Origin: an uncultured Gemmatimonadales bacterium
GTDB taxonomy: Bacteria; Gemmatimonadota; Gemmatimonadetes; Gemmatimonadales; GWC2-71-9
Direction of reading: 5' to 3'
Assembly (NCBI GenBank): GCA_963844035.1
Contig: CAWJMT010000001.1
Span: 1-64,000 of the forward strand
Length of the DNA stretch: 64,000 nt
Shown here: one piece after another, positions 34,410 through 45,600 of the stretch
How positions within the stretch are numbered: position 1 is the stretch's first letter
Layout of the letters: each line of letters opens with the position of its first letter
Translations under genes and position numbers: made by a program
Notes under the pieces: model-generated
What the model saw: the letters and a program-made list of their open reading frames with translations, nothing else
Databases searched by the model: none
Told to the model about the DNA's origin: nothing

Positions 34410-35852
34410 ATGGCTACGACGCAGCAGCCGCAGACGGAATTCGTCAGGGTGATCTCCCGGCTCGATGCCACGGCGCTCGTCGTGGGCTCGATGATCGGCT
34501 CGGGGATTTTCATCGTTTCGGCGCAGATCATCCGGGACGTGCACGCCCCTGGCTTACTGCTCCTCGTGTGGGCGATCGCCGGCGTCGTCACGTTGATGGG
34601 CGCACTGACGTACGGCGAGCTCGCGGCCATGTTCCCCAAGGCCGGCGGGCAGTACGTCTACCTGCGGGAAAGTATTTCCCCGCTGTTCGGCTACCTGTAC
34701 GGCTGGACTCTGTTCGTGGTGATCCAGACCGGGACCATCGCCGCGGTTGCGGTTGCGTTCGCCCGCTTCTCGGGGGTGCTCTTCCCTGCGCTCACGCCCG
34801 ACGTGTTCCTGGGCGGGACGATCAACTTTCCCCAGCCGATCGGCCCCATCACCGTGGGGCTGTCTCCCCAACGGGTGCTGGCGGTCGCATCGATCGTCGT
34901 ACTCACCTGGATCAACGTGCGCGGCGTGCGGACGGCGGCGGTCATTCAGACCTCGCTCACGGCCATCAAGACCGCCGCGCTCGCCGGGCTCATCCTGCTC
35001 GGCCTCACGATCGGGCGGAACGCCGCCGCGCTTGCGGAGAATTTCGGAACAGCGTTCTGGCCGGCGGGCGGCCTGACGCTCGCGTTGGTGCCGGTGATCG
35101 GCGCCGCCATGGTCGGCTCGCTGTTCTCGATGGACGCCTGGAACAACGTGGGGTTCGCCGGCTCCGAGCTGAAGGACCCGAAGCGGGATCTGCCGTTCGC
35201 CATGGGGGCCGGGGTCCTCACCGTCACCGTGCTCTACATGCTGGCGAACGTCGCCTACTTGAGTGTCCTCCCGGCCGAGGCGATCGCCGCTGCGCCACAG
35301 GACCGCGTGGCCACGGCGGCGCTCAAGGCGATTCTCGGCGACGCCGGGCTGTACGTCATGGCAGTGGCGATCATGATTTCGACGTTCGGGTGCAACAACG
35401 GCTTGATCCTGTCGGGCGCACGGGTGTTCTACGCGATGGCGCGCGACAATCTGTTCTTCAAGTCGGCCGGCGTGCTGCATCCGAAATACAAGACGCCGTC
35501 CGTGGCGCTCGTCGTGCAGGCCCTGTGGACCAGCGTGCTGTGCCTGTCGGGGACGTATGGCCAGCTGCTCGACTTCGTGATTTTTGCGGCCCTGGTGTTC
35601 TACATGCTCACAGCGACGGGGCTGTTCGCGTTGCGGGCCAAGCGACCGGATGCCGAGCGTCCGGTGCGCGTTCCAGGGTACCCGTGGCTCCCGGCGCTCT
35701 ACCTGCTGCTCACAGCCCTGATCGCGCTGGCGATGCTCGCGATGAAGACGACGTACAGCGCCTTGGGGTTGCTCTGCGTGTTGCTGGGGGTGCCGGTGTA
35801 CTTTCTATGGCGGGCGGCAACGGGAGATCGCCGCAGTCGCACGATCGCATGA
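34410..35852 (+). CDS. APC family amino acid permease
   Basis: VGSMIGSGIF, YGELAAMFPKAGGQYVYL, RVFYAMARD. Confidence 0.92.
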   Translation: MATTQQPQTEFVRVISRLDATALVVGSMIGSGIFIVSAQIIRDVHAPGLLLLVWAIAGVVTLMGALTYGELAAMFPKAGGQYVYLRESISPLFGYLYGWTLFVVIQTGTIAAVAVAFARFSGVLFPALTPDVFLGGTINFPQPIGPITVGLSPQRVLAVASIVVLTWINVRGVRTAAVIQTSLTAIKTAALAGLILLGLTIGRNAAALAENFGTAFWPAGGLTLALVPVIGAAMVGSLFSMDAWNNVGFAGSELKDPKRDLPFAMGAGVLTVTVLYMLANVAYLSVLPAEAIAAAPQDRVATAALKAILGDAGLYVMAVAIMISTFGCNNGLILSGARVFYAMARDNLFFKSAGVLHPKYKTPSVALVVQALWTSVLCLSGTYGQLLDFVIFAALVFYMLTATGLFALRAKRPDAERPVRVPGYPWLPALYLLLTALIALAMLAMKTTYSALGLLCVLLGVPVYFLWRAATGDRRSRTIA

Positions 35853-36283
35853 GGAGTATCTCACAGCTGAAGCCACAGGTACACACGCACGCGCGACGCA
35901 CACTCGGAATTGCGGCCGTCGTCGTCACGGCGTCAGTCACGTTCCTGGAGTGCAATCCCGAATTCGCCGCACCGTACGCACCGGTAGTCAGAGACACGGT
36001 GGACTACTTCGAGTACACAGCGCCGGTCGACGGCGTCACCACGACGTCACGATACTCCTGGGAGACCACCGGGACCGTCGCGAAGGTCAACCTCATGAGC
36101 ACGGTGACGCGCAGGTGCGGCGATCGTGACCATCGCCGATGACGATTCGGCGCTGATCTTTACGCACGCACTGGACGGGAGCGGCGTCGTGGGCACGGGG
36201 ACTGGAACGGCGGGCTTCTGGAGCATCCACGTGGCGCTGACGAACGCCAGCGGGACGCTGCACTTCACTGTTGAGCCGCAGTA
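35849..36283 (+). CDS. Hypothetical exported/lipoprotein (frameshift ~36110)
   Basis: Hydrophobic N-terminus with Cys; beta-rich body; coding-like GC3. Confidence 0.4.
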
Positions 36284-36290
36284 GCCGGCG

Positions 36291-37127
36291 TCAGGGCGCG
36301 GCGCGAAACCGTGGGTACTCGCCGAGCACGGTGATCTCAGCACCCTGACCCTTGAGCGCGTCGAGCGCTCCCTGCATCGCCGGCTCGGCGATGCGGGTTT
36401 CCACGTCCAGATAGAAGAGATACTGCCACGGCGTCGTGCGGTCGGGGCGGCTTTCGAGCTTCGTGAGGTTGAGCTCTGCGTCGGCAAAGGGGGCGAGCGC
36501 GCGCGCCAGCGTCCCCGAGCGGTGCGGCAGGCGCAGCCGCAACGTCACCTTCGCCGGCACCCCCGCCTCAGGCGCAACCGGCTCACGGCCGACCAGCAGG
36601 AAGCGGGTCTGATTGTGCGGCTCGTCCTCGATGCGCTCGCCCAGAATCTCGAGGCCGTAGCGCCCCGCCGCGAGCTTCCCCGCCACGGCGCCGACCGCCC
36701 GGTCGTTGCGGCGGGCCACCTCGGCCGCCGCGCCCGCCGTGTCGTAGAATGCCACCACCTCGACGTTGGTGAGACTCCGCAGCAGCCGCTCGCACTGCGC
36801 CAACGCGACCGGATGGGACAGCACGCGGCGCAACGAGTCGCGCGCGGATCCGCGGACGCCCAGCAAGCAGTGATGCACCGGGCTCACGACCTCGCCCACG
36901 ATCGCCAGCCCCGACTCGGCGATCAGGTCGAAGTTCGTGGCGATCGACCCCACGAGCGAATTCTCGATCGGCAGCAGGCCGAACTCGGTGCGCGACTCGA
37001 GCACCGACGACGCCACGTCGCGAAATTCGCGGCAGGGCACTGAGGCGGCCTGAGGGTCGAGGAGATAGAGCGCTTCCTCGCTGTAGGCGCCGGGCTCGCC
37101 TTGAAAGGCTATCCGATTGTTCGGCAT
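36291..37127 (-). CDS. pheA: Prephenate dehydratase
   Basis: IAFQGEPGAYSE, PIENS, SHPVALAQC, NQTRF, ACT domain NLTKLESRP. Confidence 0.93.
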   Translation of the reverse strand: MPNNRIAFQGEPGAYSEEALYLLDPQAASVPCREFRDVASSVLESRTEFGLLPIENSLVGSIATNFDLIAESGLAIVGEVVSPVHHCLLGVRGSARDSLRRVLSHPVALAQCERLLRSLTNVEVVAFYDTAGAAAEVARRNDRAVGAVAGKLAAGRYGLEILGERIEDEPHNQTRFLLVGREPVAPEAGVPAKVTLRLRLPHRSGTLARALAPFADAELNLTKLESRPDRTTPWQYLFYLDVETRIAEPAMQGALDALKGQGAEITVLGEYPRFRAAP

Positions 37128-37167
37128 CGGGTTACAGTAACAGGCGGCGTCACTTGCTGACAGTGGG

Positions 37168-37187
37168 CTTCGGGATATATTCGGGTC
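37168..37187 (+). promoter_or_regulatory. Conserved 20-bp box (copy 1) overlapping -10 TATATT
   Basis: CTTCGGGATATATTCGGGTC immediately before ATG 37188; -35-like TTGCTG at 37154-37159. Confidence 0.7.
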
Positions 37188-38329
37188 ATGGTCCCGCCCC
37201 AAAGCTCCCCGACTCCCAGCCGCCGCCGCGTCCGGCCTGTCCCGAATGCGGAGCCGGACTGGTACGCCAGTCGGCGTGCGTGCTGTGCGTGACCTGTGGA
37301 TGGGCGCGGTGCGGCTAGGCCTACCCGTTCTCGACCAGCGCCTGCGCGGCACGACGTTCGTATCCCTCTCCGCCAAGTCGGTCCTCAACGCGCCGCAGCA
37401 AACGGGGATGGATTTCTGGTCGATCAACCCGTACGTCGGCTGCGAATTCGGATGCAGTTACTGCTACGCACGCTACGCGCACCGCTATGTGGTCGAGCGG
37501 GCGCACGACCGGGGCGCGCTCGACGACGAAGAGTTCCGGGATTTCCGCGGTGCCCACGGGTGGGAAGCGTTCGAGCGCCGCATCTTCGTGAAGGAGCATG
37601 TGCGCGGCGCGCTCGACGCCGATCTGCGGCGATACTTTCGCTCCGCGGCCGGTGGCCGGGCCGCCGCACCGATCGTGATCGGGACCGCCACCGATCCGTA
37701 CCAACCAGCCGAACGTCGCTTCCGGGTGACGCGCGCGATCCTCGAGCGGCTCGCGAGCTACGAAGGCTTGTCGATCGGCATCATCACGAAGAGCCCGCTC
37801 ATCACCCGCGACGCCGACGTGTTGCAGCGCCTCGCTGCCCGCTCCGACCTCGAAGTGTACGTGTCGCTGATCACGGTCGATGCCCCACTGATTCGGAAGG
37901 TCGAGGCCCGCTCGCCCAGCCCGGCGGTGCGGCTGCGAGCGTTGGGTCGCTTGAGGGCAGCCGGGATCAACGCAGGACTTATCATCGCGCCGATTCTTCC
38001 GGGCATCACGGATGATCGGCCGCACCTGGAGGCGCTGTTTCAGGCAGCGCGCGATGCCGATGCGCGATTCGTCCACGCGGGCCCGCTGCGGCTCTATGCG
38101 GCGGTACGAGACCGATTTCTTCCGGTGCTCGAGGCCGAGTTCCCCCATCTGGTCGAGCGCTACGTGCGCGCGTACGCGCGCTACAGCAGCGCGCCGCGCG
38201 AATACGCCGCCGCGCTCAAGCGGCGCATTCAGCGACTGCAGGTACGGTTCGGCTTGCCCGTGAATCGAGGAATGCAGGACCGATATCAGCGGCGGCGACC
38301 CCAGCCGCAGGTCGAGCTGGCGATTCTAG
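37188..38329 (+). CDS. Radical SAM protein, spore photoproduct lyase-like (PA0069/Rv2578c type)
   Basis: WSINPYVGCEFGCSYCYA (CxxxCxxC), IGTATDPYQP, ITKS, APILPGITD. Confidence 0.88.
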
Positions 38330-39294
38330 GGAGAGGAGTCAGCCCCGCTCAGCCACGCTTCCGCCACCGCGCGAATGGTGCCCGGCGCATTCCCCTCGGC
38401 CCGGTTGTTGGCCAGAATCAACGCCTCGAGGCGCCGCCGCGTCGCTTCGGCGATCAGCCGCAGCAGGTCCTGCCGCAGATCCGGTAGCGGCTCACGAACG
38501 CGGTCGTACGGTTCGAATAATTTCACGGCATCGGCGTAGGCCCGGCCGGGCCTGAGCAGTGCGCGCGCGACCGTGAACTCCGCCGGAAACACCCACGGCA
38601 ACTCGAGCTGCGCGCCGATCGGTGGCATCTCGGTCCAGGAGTTGAACACGTGCGCCACACCATGGCGGGCGAGCACGGCGCCGTGGCGGGGATCGAGTAG
38701 CTCAGGGTTGCGCAGCTCTACCGCGTAGCGCCAGTCGCGCGGCAGCGCTCCCAGGAATCGATCGAGCTGCTTCCGCCCACTCGCCCGCGTCGGGGAGATC
38801 CTTGCCCCGCATCGCCTGGAACTCGAACACGAAGCAGCCGGCGTGATCGCGGAACGCGCGCCCGTAGGGACCGAGCACCGCTTCTTTGAACAGGTCGGCG
38901 TTCAGGAAGTCCGGGTTTCGCAGCCCCGCCAGATTGCCCCAGCGACGATCCTGGTTGAAACGCTTGGCGGTAATGCGATCCCACACCTTGCTGACGCACG
39001 GGAAACCCGGCGGGAGGGCGCTGGCATAGGCCGCCAGCACGGCCTCGGAGGGCGGCTCGTAGAAGGCGCTGTCGATCCCGACGGTGCGGAACAGGGGATA
39101 GCGGGCGTACTCCTCCAGCCGCTTGGCGGGTTGCGGACCGCGATACGTCTCGATGGTAGACGTCACCCGTCCAGCCGTCGTAGGTCCAGGTCGAAGTGCC
39201 GAACTTGATGTTGGACGGGAGCCGGCGGGCCGAGGGCCACCACATCGTCTGCGGGCTGGGAGCGCGCGTCGCCGAAGAGATCGGTCTGTGCCAC
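38326..39294 (-). CDS. DUF72 family protein (frameshifted)
   Basis: FGTSTWTYDGW, LEEYARYPLFRTVGIDSAFY, YAVELRN. Confidence 0.85.
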
Positions 39295-39325
39295 CTCGTA
39301 ACGTAGCGCGCCACGCCGGGCCGTG

Positions 39326-39353
39326 TTGACGTTGCTCCCGCGCCGTGTATTCT
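39326..39353 (+). promoter_or_regulatory. Sigma70-like promoter
   Basis: TTGACG-N16-TATTCT, then GGAGGT RBS before ATG 39378. Confidence 0.55.
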
Positions 39354-39377
39354 CCGCCGACACCTCGGAGGTAACCC

Positions 39378-40990
39378 ATGCTGCCGCTCCTGCGCGCGGT
39401 TTTCCTGGCCGTTCAGGCCCAGACCGCCGGCGCCCCTACGCCGCCCACCCCGCTGATCGAGAACCTCGGGAAGCTGCATCACGCGATCAGCACCACGGTC
39501 CCGCTGGCGCAGCGCTACTTCGACCAGGGCCTGCTGCTCACGTACGGCTTCAATCACGAGGAAGCCATCAACTCGTTCCGCGAAGCGGCACGGCTCGACT
39601 CGACGTGCGCGATGTGCTACTGGGGTGTCGCGTTCGCCTACGGCCCCAACATCAATATCCCGATGGACCCGTCCGTGATGCCGCAGGTGCTCGAGGCCGT
39701 GCGCGCAGCCTACGCCCGAATATCCCACGCAAGCCCGGTCGAGCGCGCGTTGATCGAAGCGATTGCGACCCGCTACTCCGCCGACACAACAAAGCGTCGC
39801 GGCGCGTTGGACACGGCCTACGCCGCCGCCGCCCGCGATCTGTGGCGTGACTTCCCCGCTGACGACGACGTGGGGACGCTGTACGCCGACGCGCTCATGA
39901 ACCTGGCGCCCTGGAACTACTGGCAGCCCAACGGCACGCCGCGACCGGGGACGCAGATGATCGTCTCGACGCTCGAGCGCATCCAGAAGCGCAATCCCGA
40001 ACCACATCGGCGCCTGCCATCTCTACATTCATGCCGTCGAGGCATCGTTCGAGCCCCAGCGAGCGCTCCCCTGCGCCGAGCGGCTCCCCGGGCTCGCCCC
40101 GGGCGCGGGCCACCTCGTGCACATGCCCGCCCACATCTACATGCGTGTGGGACGCTACGCCGACGCTGTCATCGCCAACTCCCACGCGGCGCACACCGAC
40201 GAGACGTTCATCGAGCGCCGTCATCCCACGGGGTTCTATCCGGTTTACTACTTCCACAACCTGCATTTCCTCTGGGCGGCGACGTATATGGAGGGCCGAA
40301 GCGCGGAGTCGCTGCGCGCCGCACGCGAACTGGTGAAGAGCGTTCCTCCCGAGCTGATCGGGCTGGTGCCGTCGCTCGAGTACCTCGTTCCCACGCCGTT
40401 GCTCGCGCTCGTGCAATTCGGCAAATGGGACGACGTGCTCGCTGAGCCTCAGCCATCAGAGTCGCTGCGATACACCCGCGCCATTTGGCACTACGCGCGC
40501 GGGCGCGCCCTGGCGGCCCGGAATCAGCCGGATCAAGCGGATGACGAGCTCGACAGCCTCACGACAATTCGCGTGGCGATCAAGGACCTGTCACTCGGGT
40601 TCCAGACCGCCGGCAGCCTGCTCGGCGTCGCCGCTCACACCCTGCGAGGACAGATCGCTGCGCAGCGCGGCGACACCGGCGATGGCGGTGCGCGAGCTCG
40701 AGGAAGCGGTGCGGCTCCAGGATGCGCTGATCTATGACGAGCCGCCGCCCTGGTACTATCCCGTGCGCCAAACGCTCGCGGCGACGTTGCTTGCGGCGGG
40801 ACGGGGGGCGGAGGCAGAGGCGGTCTATCGGGAAGACCTGAAGAGAAATCCCGAGAACGGCTGGTCGCTCTTCGGCCTGGCACGGGCGCTTACCGGGCAG
40901 GGCAAACCGGCCGACGCCGCTGCCGTGGATAAGCGGTTCCGCCGGGCGTGGGCGCGCGCGGACGTGGTGCTTACCGCGTCTGGGTTCTAG
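39378..40990 (+). CDS. Secreted TPR-repeat protein (frameshifted)
   Basis: AQRYFDQGL..YGFNHEEA, AMCYWGVAFAYGPNIN, HLVHMPAHIY, YDEPPPWYYPVR, PENGWSLFGL. Confidence 0.8.
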
Positions 40991-41054
40991 CTTCATAAAG
41001 CGAGGTATTACAATAGCTTAAGGTAAATCATTGGGATCTTGCGGCCGATGCGAT

Positions 41055-41074
41055 CTTCGGGATATATTCGGGTC
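41055..41074 (+). promoter_or_regulatory. Conserved 20-bp box (copy 2) overlapping -10 TATATT
   Basis: Identical CTTCGGGATATATTCGGGTC, 15 nt before ATG 41090; -35-like TTGCGG at 41039-41044. Confidence 0.7.
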
Positions 41075-41089
41075 CCTAATCGCCGGCTC

Positions 41090-42373
41090 ATGACTCGCAA
41101 ATCTCCACCGAGCAGCTCGTACGCCGCCTGCTGCTGGATCCCACTCTTCGCCCTCCGCTGCGAGGAGGCGCGGCACCCCGAGCTCGCGGCGCAGCCCTGC
41201 GCGCTGCTCGCCTGCGACGACCTGCGGCGGGTGTGGCAGGTCTCCCCGATCGCCAGGAAGGCGGGCGTCAGCGCCGGTCACACCATCAGCCAGGCGATCG
41301 GTCTCTGTCCCACGCTGCGGCTGTGCGAGCCTGACCCGGTTCACTACGACCAGCAATTCGCTCAGCTGCTGACCGCGCTCGGCACCGTGAGCCCGGTGAT
41401 CGAGCCCGCCGAGCTGGGGCGGGTGTTCGTGGGGATGGACGGGCTGGAGGGACTGTACGGTCCGCCGGAAAAACAGGTGGAAGCGATACGAGTGCGGATT
41501 GCGGAATTCGGAATGCGGAATCGAAGTGCAGGCATCGATTCCGCATTCGACATTCCGCACTCCGCACTCCGTGTAGGGCTGGGGAAAGGGAAAGTTCGTT
41601 TCCTGGGTCGCTGCCACTCGCGCGCGACCTGGACATGCCGTCATCGTCCGCCCGGGGGAAGAGGTAGACGTTTCTCGCCGCTCAACCCCTCGCCGTGCTG
41701 CCGCTCGATCCCGACACGCATCGCCGGCTGCGCCAGCTCGGTCTGAGAACGCTCGCCGACCTGAAGGCGTTGCCTGAGGCGGCGGTCATCGCGCAGTTCG
41801 GCCGCGCCGGCCGCAGGCTGTGGCAGCTGGCGGCGGGAGTGCTCGCCGAGCCGGTCGTGGGACGCGAGGTACCCGAGCCCATCGTCGCGGCCCTCACCTT
41901 CTTCTCTCCGGTCTCCGACCTGGAAATGCTGACGCAGTCGCTGGTGCAGCTGATCGAGCGCGCACTCAAGCATCCGCGTCGCTCAGGGTGGCGCGTGCGG
42001 CAGGTGCGCGTGCGCGCCGCGCTCGAGCACGGGACATCGTGGATGATCGATGCCGTGCTCAAGGACCCGTCAGCGGATCCGAGTCGCATCCTCGCACCGC
42101 TCGATACCCGGCTGGACGTCGGCGCCGCCCACGAAAGCCGTCGAGCGGCTCACGGTCGAGTTCTGCTCCTTCGCTCCGGGGACCACTGCGCTGCAGCTCT
42201 TCGCGCGCGATGCGAACGCGGCCGCGCGAGCCGGCAGGCAGCGCGCACTGCGGTACGCCGTTCAGGAGATCAAGCTCCGGCTGCGGCGGTCACCGCTCTA
42301 TCACATCATCGAGGTGCAGCCATGGTCGCGCATTCCCGAACGCCGCTACGCGTTGATCGACTACGAGCCCTGA
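41090..42373 (+). CDS. ImuB-like inactive Y-family polymerase (frameshifted)
   Basis: VSPIARKAGVSAG.TISQAIGLCP, RLRQLGLRTLADL; catalytic Asp motifs replaced (CCWIP; PAELGRVFV); upstream of dnaE2. Confidence 0.8.
41491..41571. repeat. In-frame inverted heptamer-repeat hairpin (AATGCGG)n ... (CCGCATT)n
   Basis: agtgcgg attgcgg aattcgg aatgcgg aatcga, loop, tcgatt ccgcatt cgacatt ccgcact ccgcact. Confidence 0.85.
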
Positions 42374-42615
42374 ATGCGCCGGAAACGGTGGAGGTCGACG
42401 TTGACGCATCGGGAGTACCACGGCGGTCAGGCGGTCAAAAAACAACAGCGGCGGTCAGGCGGTCGAGAACATTCTCGATGTGTGGCGAATCGACGATGAA
42501 TGGTGGCGGCTGCGGATCTCACGTCTCTACTACGACGTCATGCTGGAAGGCGGTGGGCACGTTGTCCTGTTCAAAGATCTTGTCGCGGGTGATTGGTTCG
42601 TCCAGAAAGCCTTAA
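42322..42615 (+). CDS. Small DUF6504/ImuB-C-terminal-like protein or domain (frameshift ~42460)
   Basis: RLRALNAPETVEV ... WRIDDEWW..ISRLYYDVML..VLFKDLVAGDWF. Confidence 0.6.
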   Translation: MVAHSRTPLRVDRLRALNAPETVEVDVDASGVPRRSGGQKTTAAVRRSRTFSMCGESTMNGGGCGSHVSTTTSCWKAVGTLSCSKILSRVIGSSRKP

Positions 42616-42629
42616 CTGACCGCCTACGC

Positions 42630-45600
42630 TGTACGCCGAACTCCACTGCCACTCGGCATTCTCGTTTCTCGATGGCGCCTCACTGCCCGAGCAGCTCGCG
42701 CTCACGGCCGCGAACCTAGGGGTTGCGAGCGTCGCCCTCACCGACCACAACGGCGTGTACGGCTCGATGGCGTTCGCTCAGGAAGCGAAGCAGCTCGGTA
42801 TCCAGGCGATCACCGGCGCCGAGGTGACGCTGCTCGACGGCTCGCACGTCACGTTGCTCGCGGAGACGCCACGCGGGTACGCGAATCTCTGCCGGCTGCT
42901 CACCGAAGCCCATCTTGGCCGGGCCGACCGCCTCGATCCGCGGCTCGACTTCGCGTCGCTCGAAGCCCGCCACGAGGGGTTGATCATTCTCTCCGGCTGC
43001 CGCAACGGCCTTCTCCCCCGCACGCTCGAGCGCGACGGAATAGCTGCCGCGCGCCGGCTCGCCGAGCGCTGCCGCGCGGTGTTCGGTCCCGAGCAATTTT
43101 TTGTCGAGCTGCAACGAAATCTGGTGCGTGGGGATCGCGCGTTGACCCGCGCGCTGAGTGATCTCGCTTCTGACTTACGACTTAGCGTCGTAGCGTCTGG
43201 CAACGTCCACTACCACCAGCGCGACCGACACCGGCTGCACGACGTGTTGGTCGCGATCCGTCATCGCACCACGCTCGACGGCTCGCACGCCGTGCGGCGT
43301 CCCAACAGCGAGTTCTTCCTGCATCCGCCTGAAGATGTCGCTACGATGTTTGCTGACTGTCCCGATGCTGTCGCTAATACTTTGACCATCGCCGAGCGCT
43401 GTAAGCGCCTTCGACCTGACACGCGATCTCGGCTATCACTTCCCTGACTTCCGCGGCGCGGTCGATCGCACCGCCCCCCGGGCGCTCGCCGAGCTGTGCC
43501 GCGCGCGGCTCGATGAGCGCTACCCGGCGGACTCCGGTCACCGCGACGAAGCGGAGCGGCGGCTCGCGGAAGAGCTGCGGCTGATCGCGCATCACGGGTT
43601 GTGTGGGTTCTTCCTGGTCTACCACGACCTCTTCGATCTGGCGCGGGAAGTCGCCGCCGACGTGCGGCGCGGCTCGCGCCGCGCGGCGGGAGGGTTGCTC
43701 CCGGGCCGGGGACGCGGCTCGTCGGTATCGTCGATCGTCTGCTACCTGCTCGGCCTCTCGCACGTCGATCCCGTCGCTACGCGCCTCTTCTTCGGCCGCT
43801 TCCTGAACGAGTCGCTCGCGTCGGTGCCGGACATCGACCTCGATTTCCCCCGCGAGATCCGCGAAGAGCTGATCCGGCGCGTGTACAAACGCTACGGAGA
43901 CGAGCACGTCGGACTCGTGTGCTCGTTCCCGACCTATCGCCTGCGCTCGGCGGTCCGGGAGATCGGCAAGGCGCTGGATCTGCCCCTGGGAGAGATCGAG
44001 CAGGTGGCAAAACTGGCGGACAGGCGGTCTGGCGGTCTGGCGGATGAACTGGATCAGCTCCCGGGGTTCGCCGGCAGGAAAAACGCTCCCTGTGGAAGGA
44101 GTTGTGCGAGCTCGCCGAGGAGATCGCCGGATTGCCCCGTCACGTGTCGCAGCACGTCGGCGGAATGGTGATCTCGAGCCGGCCGCTCGTGGAGCTCGTG
44201 CCGCTCGAGCGCGCCGCGATGGAAGACCGTGTCGTCTGCCAGTGGGACAAAGATTCCTGCGACGATGCGCGCTTCATCAAGATCGACTTCCTGGCGCTCG
44301 GGATGCTGTCGCTGGTGGAGGAGTGCGTCGAGCGGATCGCGGTGCGGGAGGGCACGCCGCCCGATCTCTCGCGCATCGACTTCAACGATCGAGCGGTCTA
44401 CGACCGTATCTGCAAGGGCGACACGGTCGGGCTGTTCCAGATCGAGAGCCGTGCACAGATCCAGATGCTCCGCCGCAGCCGCCCGCGCAATCTCGAGGAC
44501 CTCGCGGTCGAAGTCGCAATCGTGCGGCCCGGGCCAATCGTCGGCGGAGCGGTGAACCCGTACGTGCGGCGCCGCGAGGAGCAGCGCCGCGCCGTAGCGG
44601 AGGGCCGACCCTACGAGCCGCCGCTGGACCATCCGCTGCTGAAGGACGCGTTGACCGAGACGCTCGGCGTGATCCTCTATCAGGATCAGGTGCTCCAGGT
44701 CTGCCAGGCGCTCGCCGGGTTCAGCTCCGGGCAGGCCGAGGCGTTGCGTCGCGCGATGAGTCGCCGGCGCAGCCGCGAGCTGATGGCGGGCTTCTGGGTC
44801 GAGTTCAGGGATGGCGCCGCCGCTCGCGGCGTCCCGGAGCCGGTTGCCGAGCGCGTGTTCACGCACGTCATCGCTTTCTCCGAGTTCGGCTTTCCCAAGT
44901 CGCACGCGGCAGCGTTCGGTCTCCTCGCCTATCAATCGGCGTGGCTGCGGCACTACCACCCCGCGGAGTACTACACGGCGCTCTTCAACAATCAGCCGAT
45001 GGGGTTCTACTCGCTGGATGCGCTGGGACGGGATGCCAAGCGGAACGGGATCACGATCCGTCTCCCCGACGTGAACGTGAGCGACATCTGGTGCTCAGTG
45101 GAAGCCGATGCGGTGCGGATCGGGCTCGGCTTCATCCGCGATTGGAGCGAAGCCACGGCCACGGCGGTCACCGCCGAGCGCGAGCGGAATGGTCCGTTCC
45201 GGAGCCTGGGCGACTTCGTTCGACGCGCGCCCCCGGAGCTCAAGCGCACGGCGATCGAGAACCTCGTGTGGGTCGGCGGGTGTGACGGATTTGGCCTCAC
45301 GCGGCGCGAGCTGCTCTGGCAGGTGGGCCTGTTCCTCCCTCCCAAGGCCGAGCACGGCGACGAGGCGCGCGGGCGGCGCCAGCTCGAGCTGCCGCTCGAT
45401 CATCCGCACGAGCACCTGCGCTTCGGAGGGTTGGAAGCAAACGAGCGGATGCTCGCCGAGTACGCCGTGCTCGGGTTTGCCGCGAGTGGCCACCCGCTTG
45501 CCCTGATGCGCCAGGCCCTGCCGCCGGACGTGGTGCAAAGCGACCGGCTTGCCGGCCTCGCCCACCGGTCACGGGTCGAGGTGGCAGGCCTCGTGGTCGC

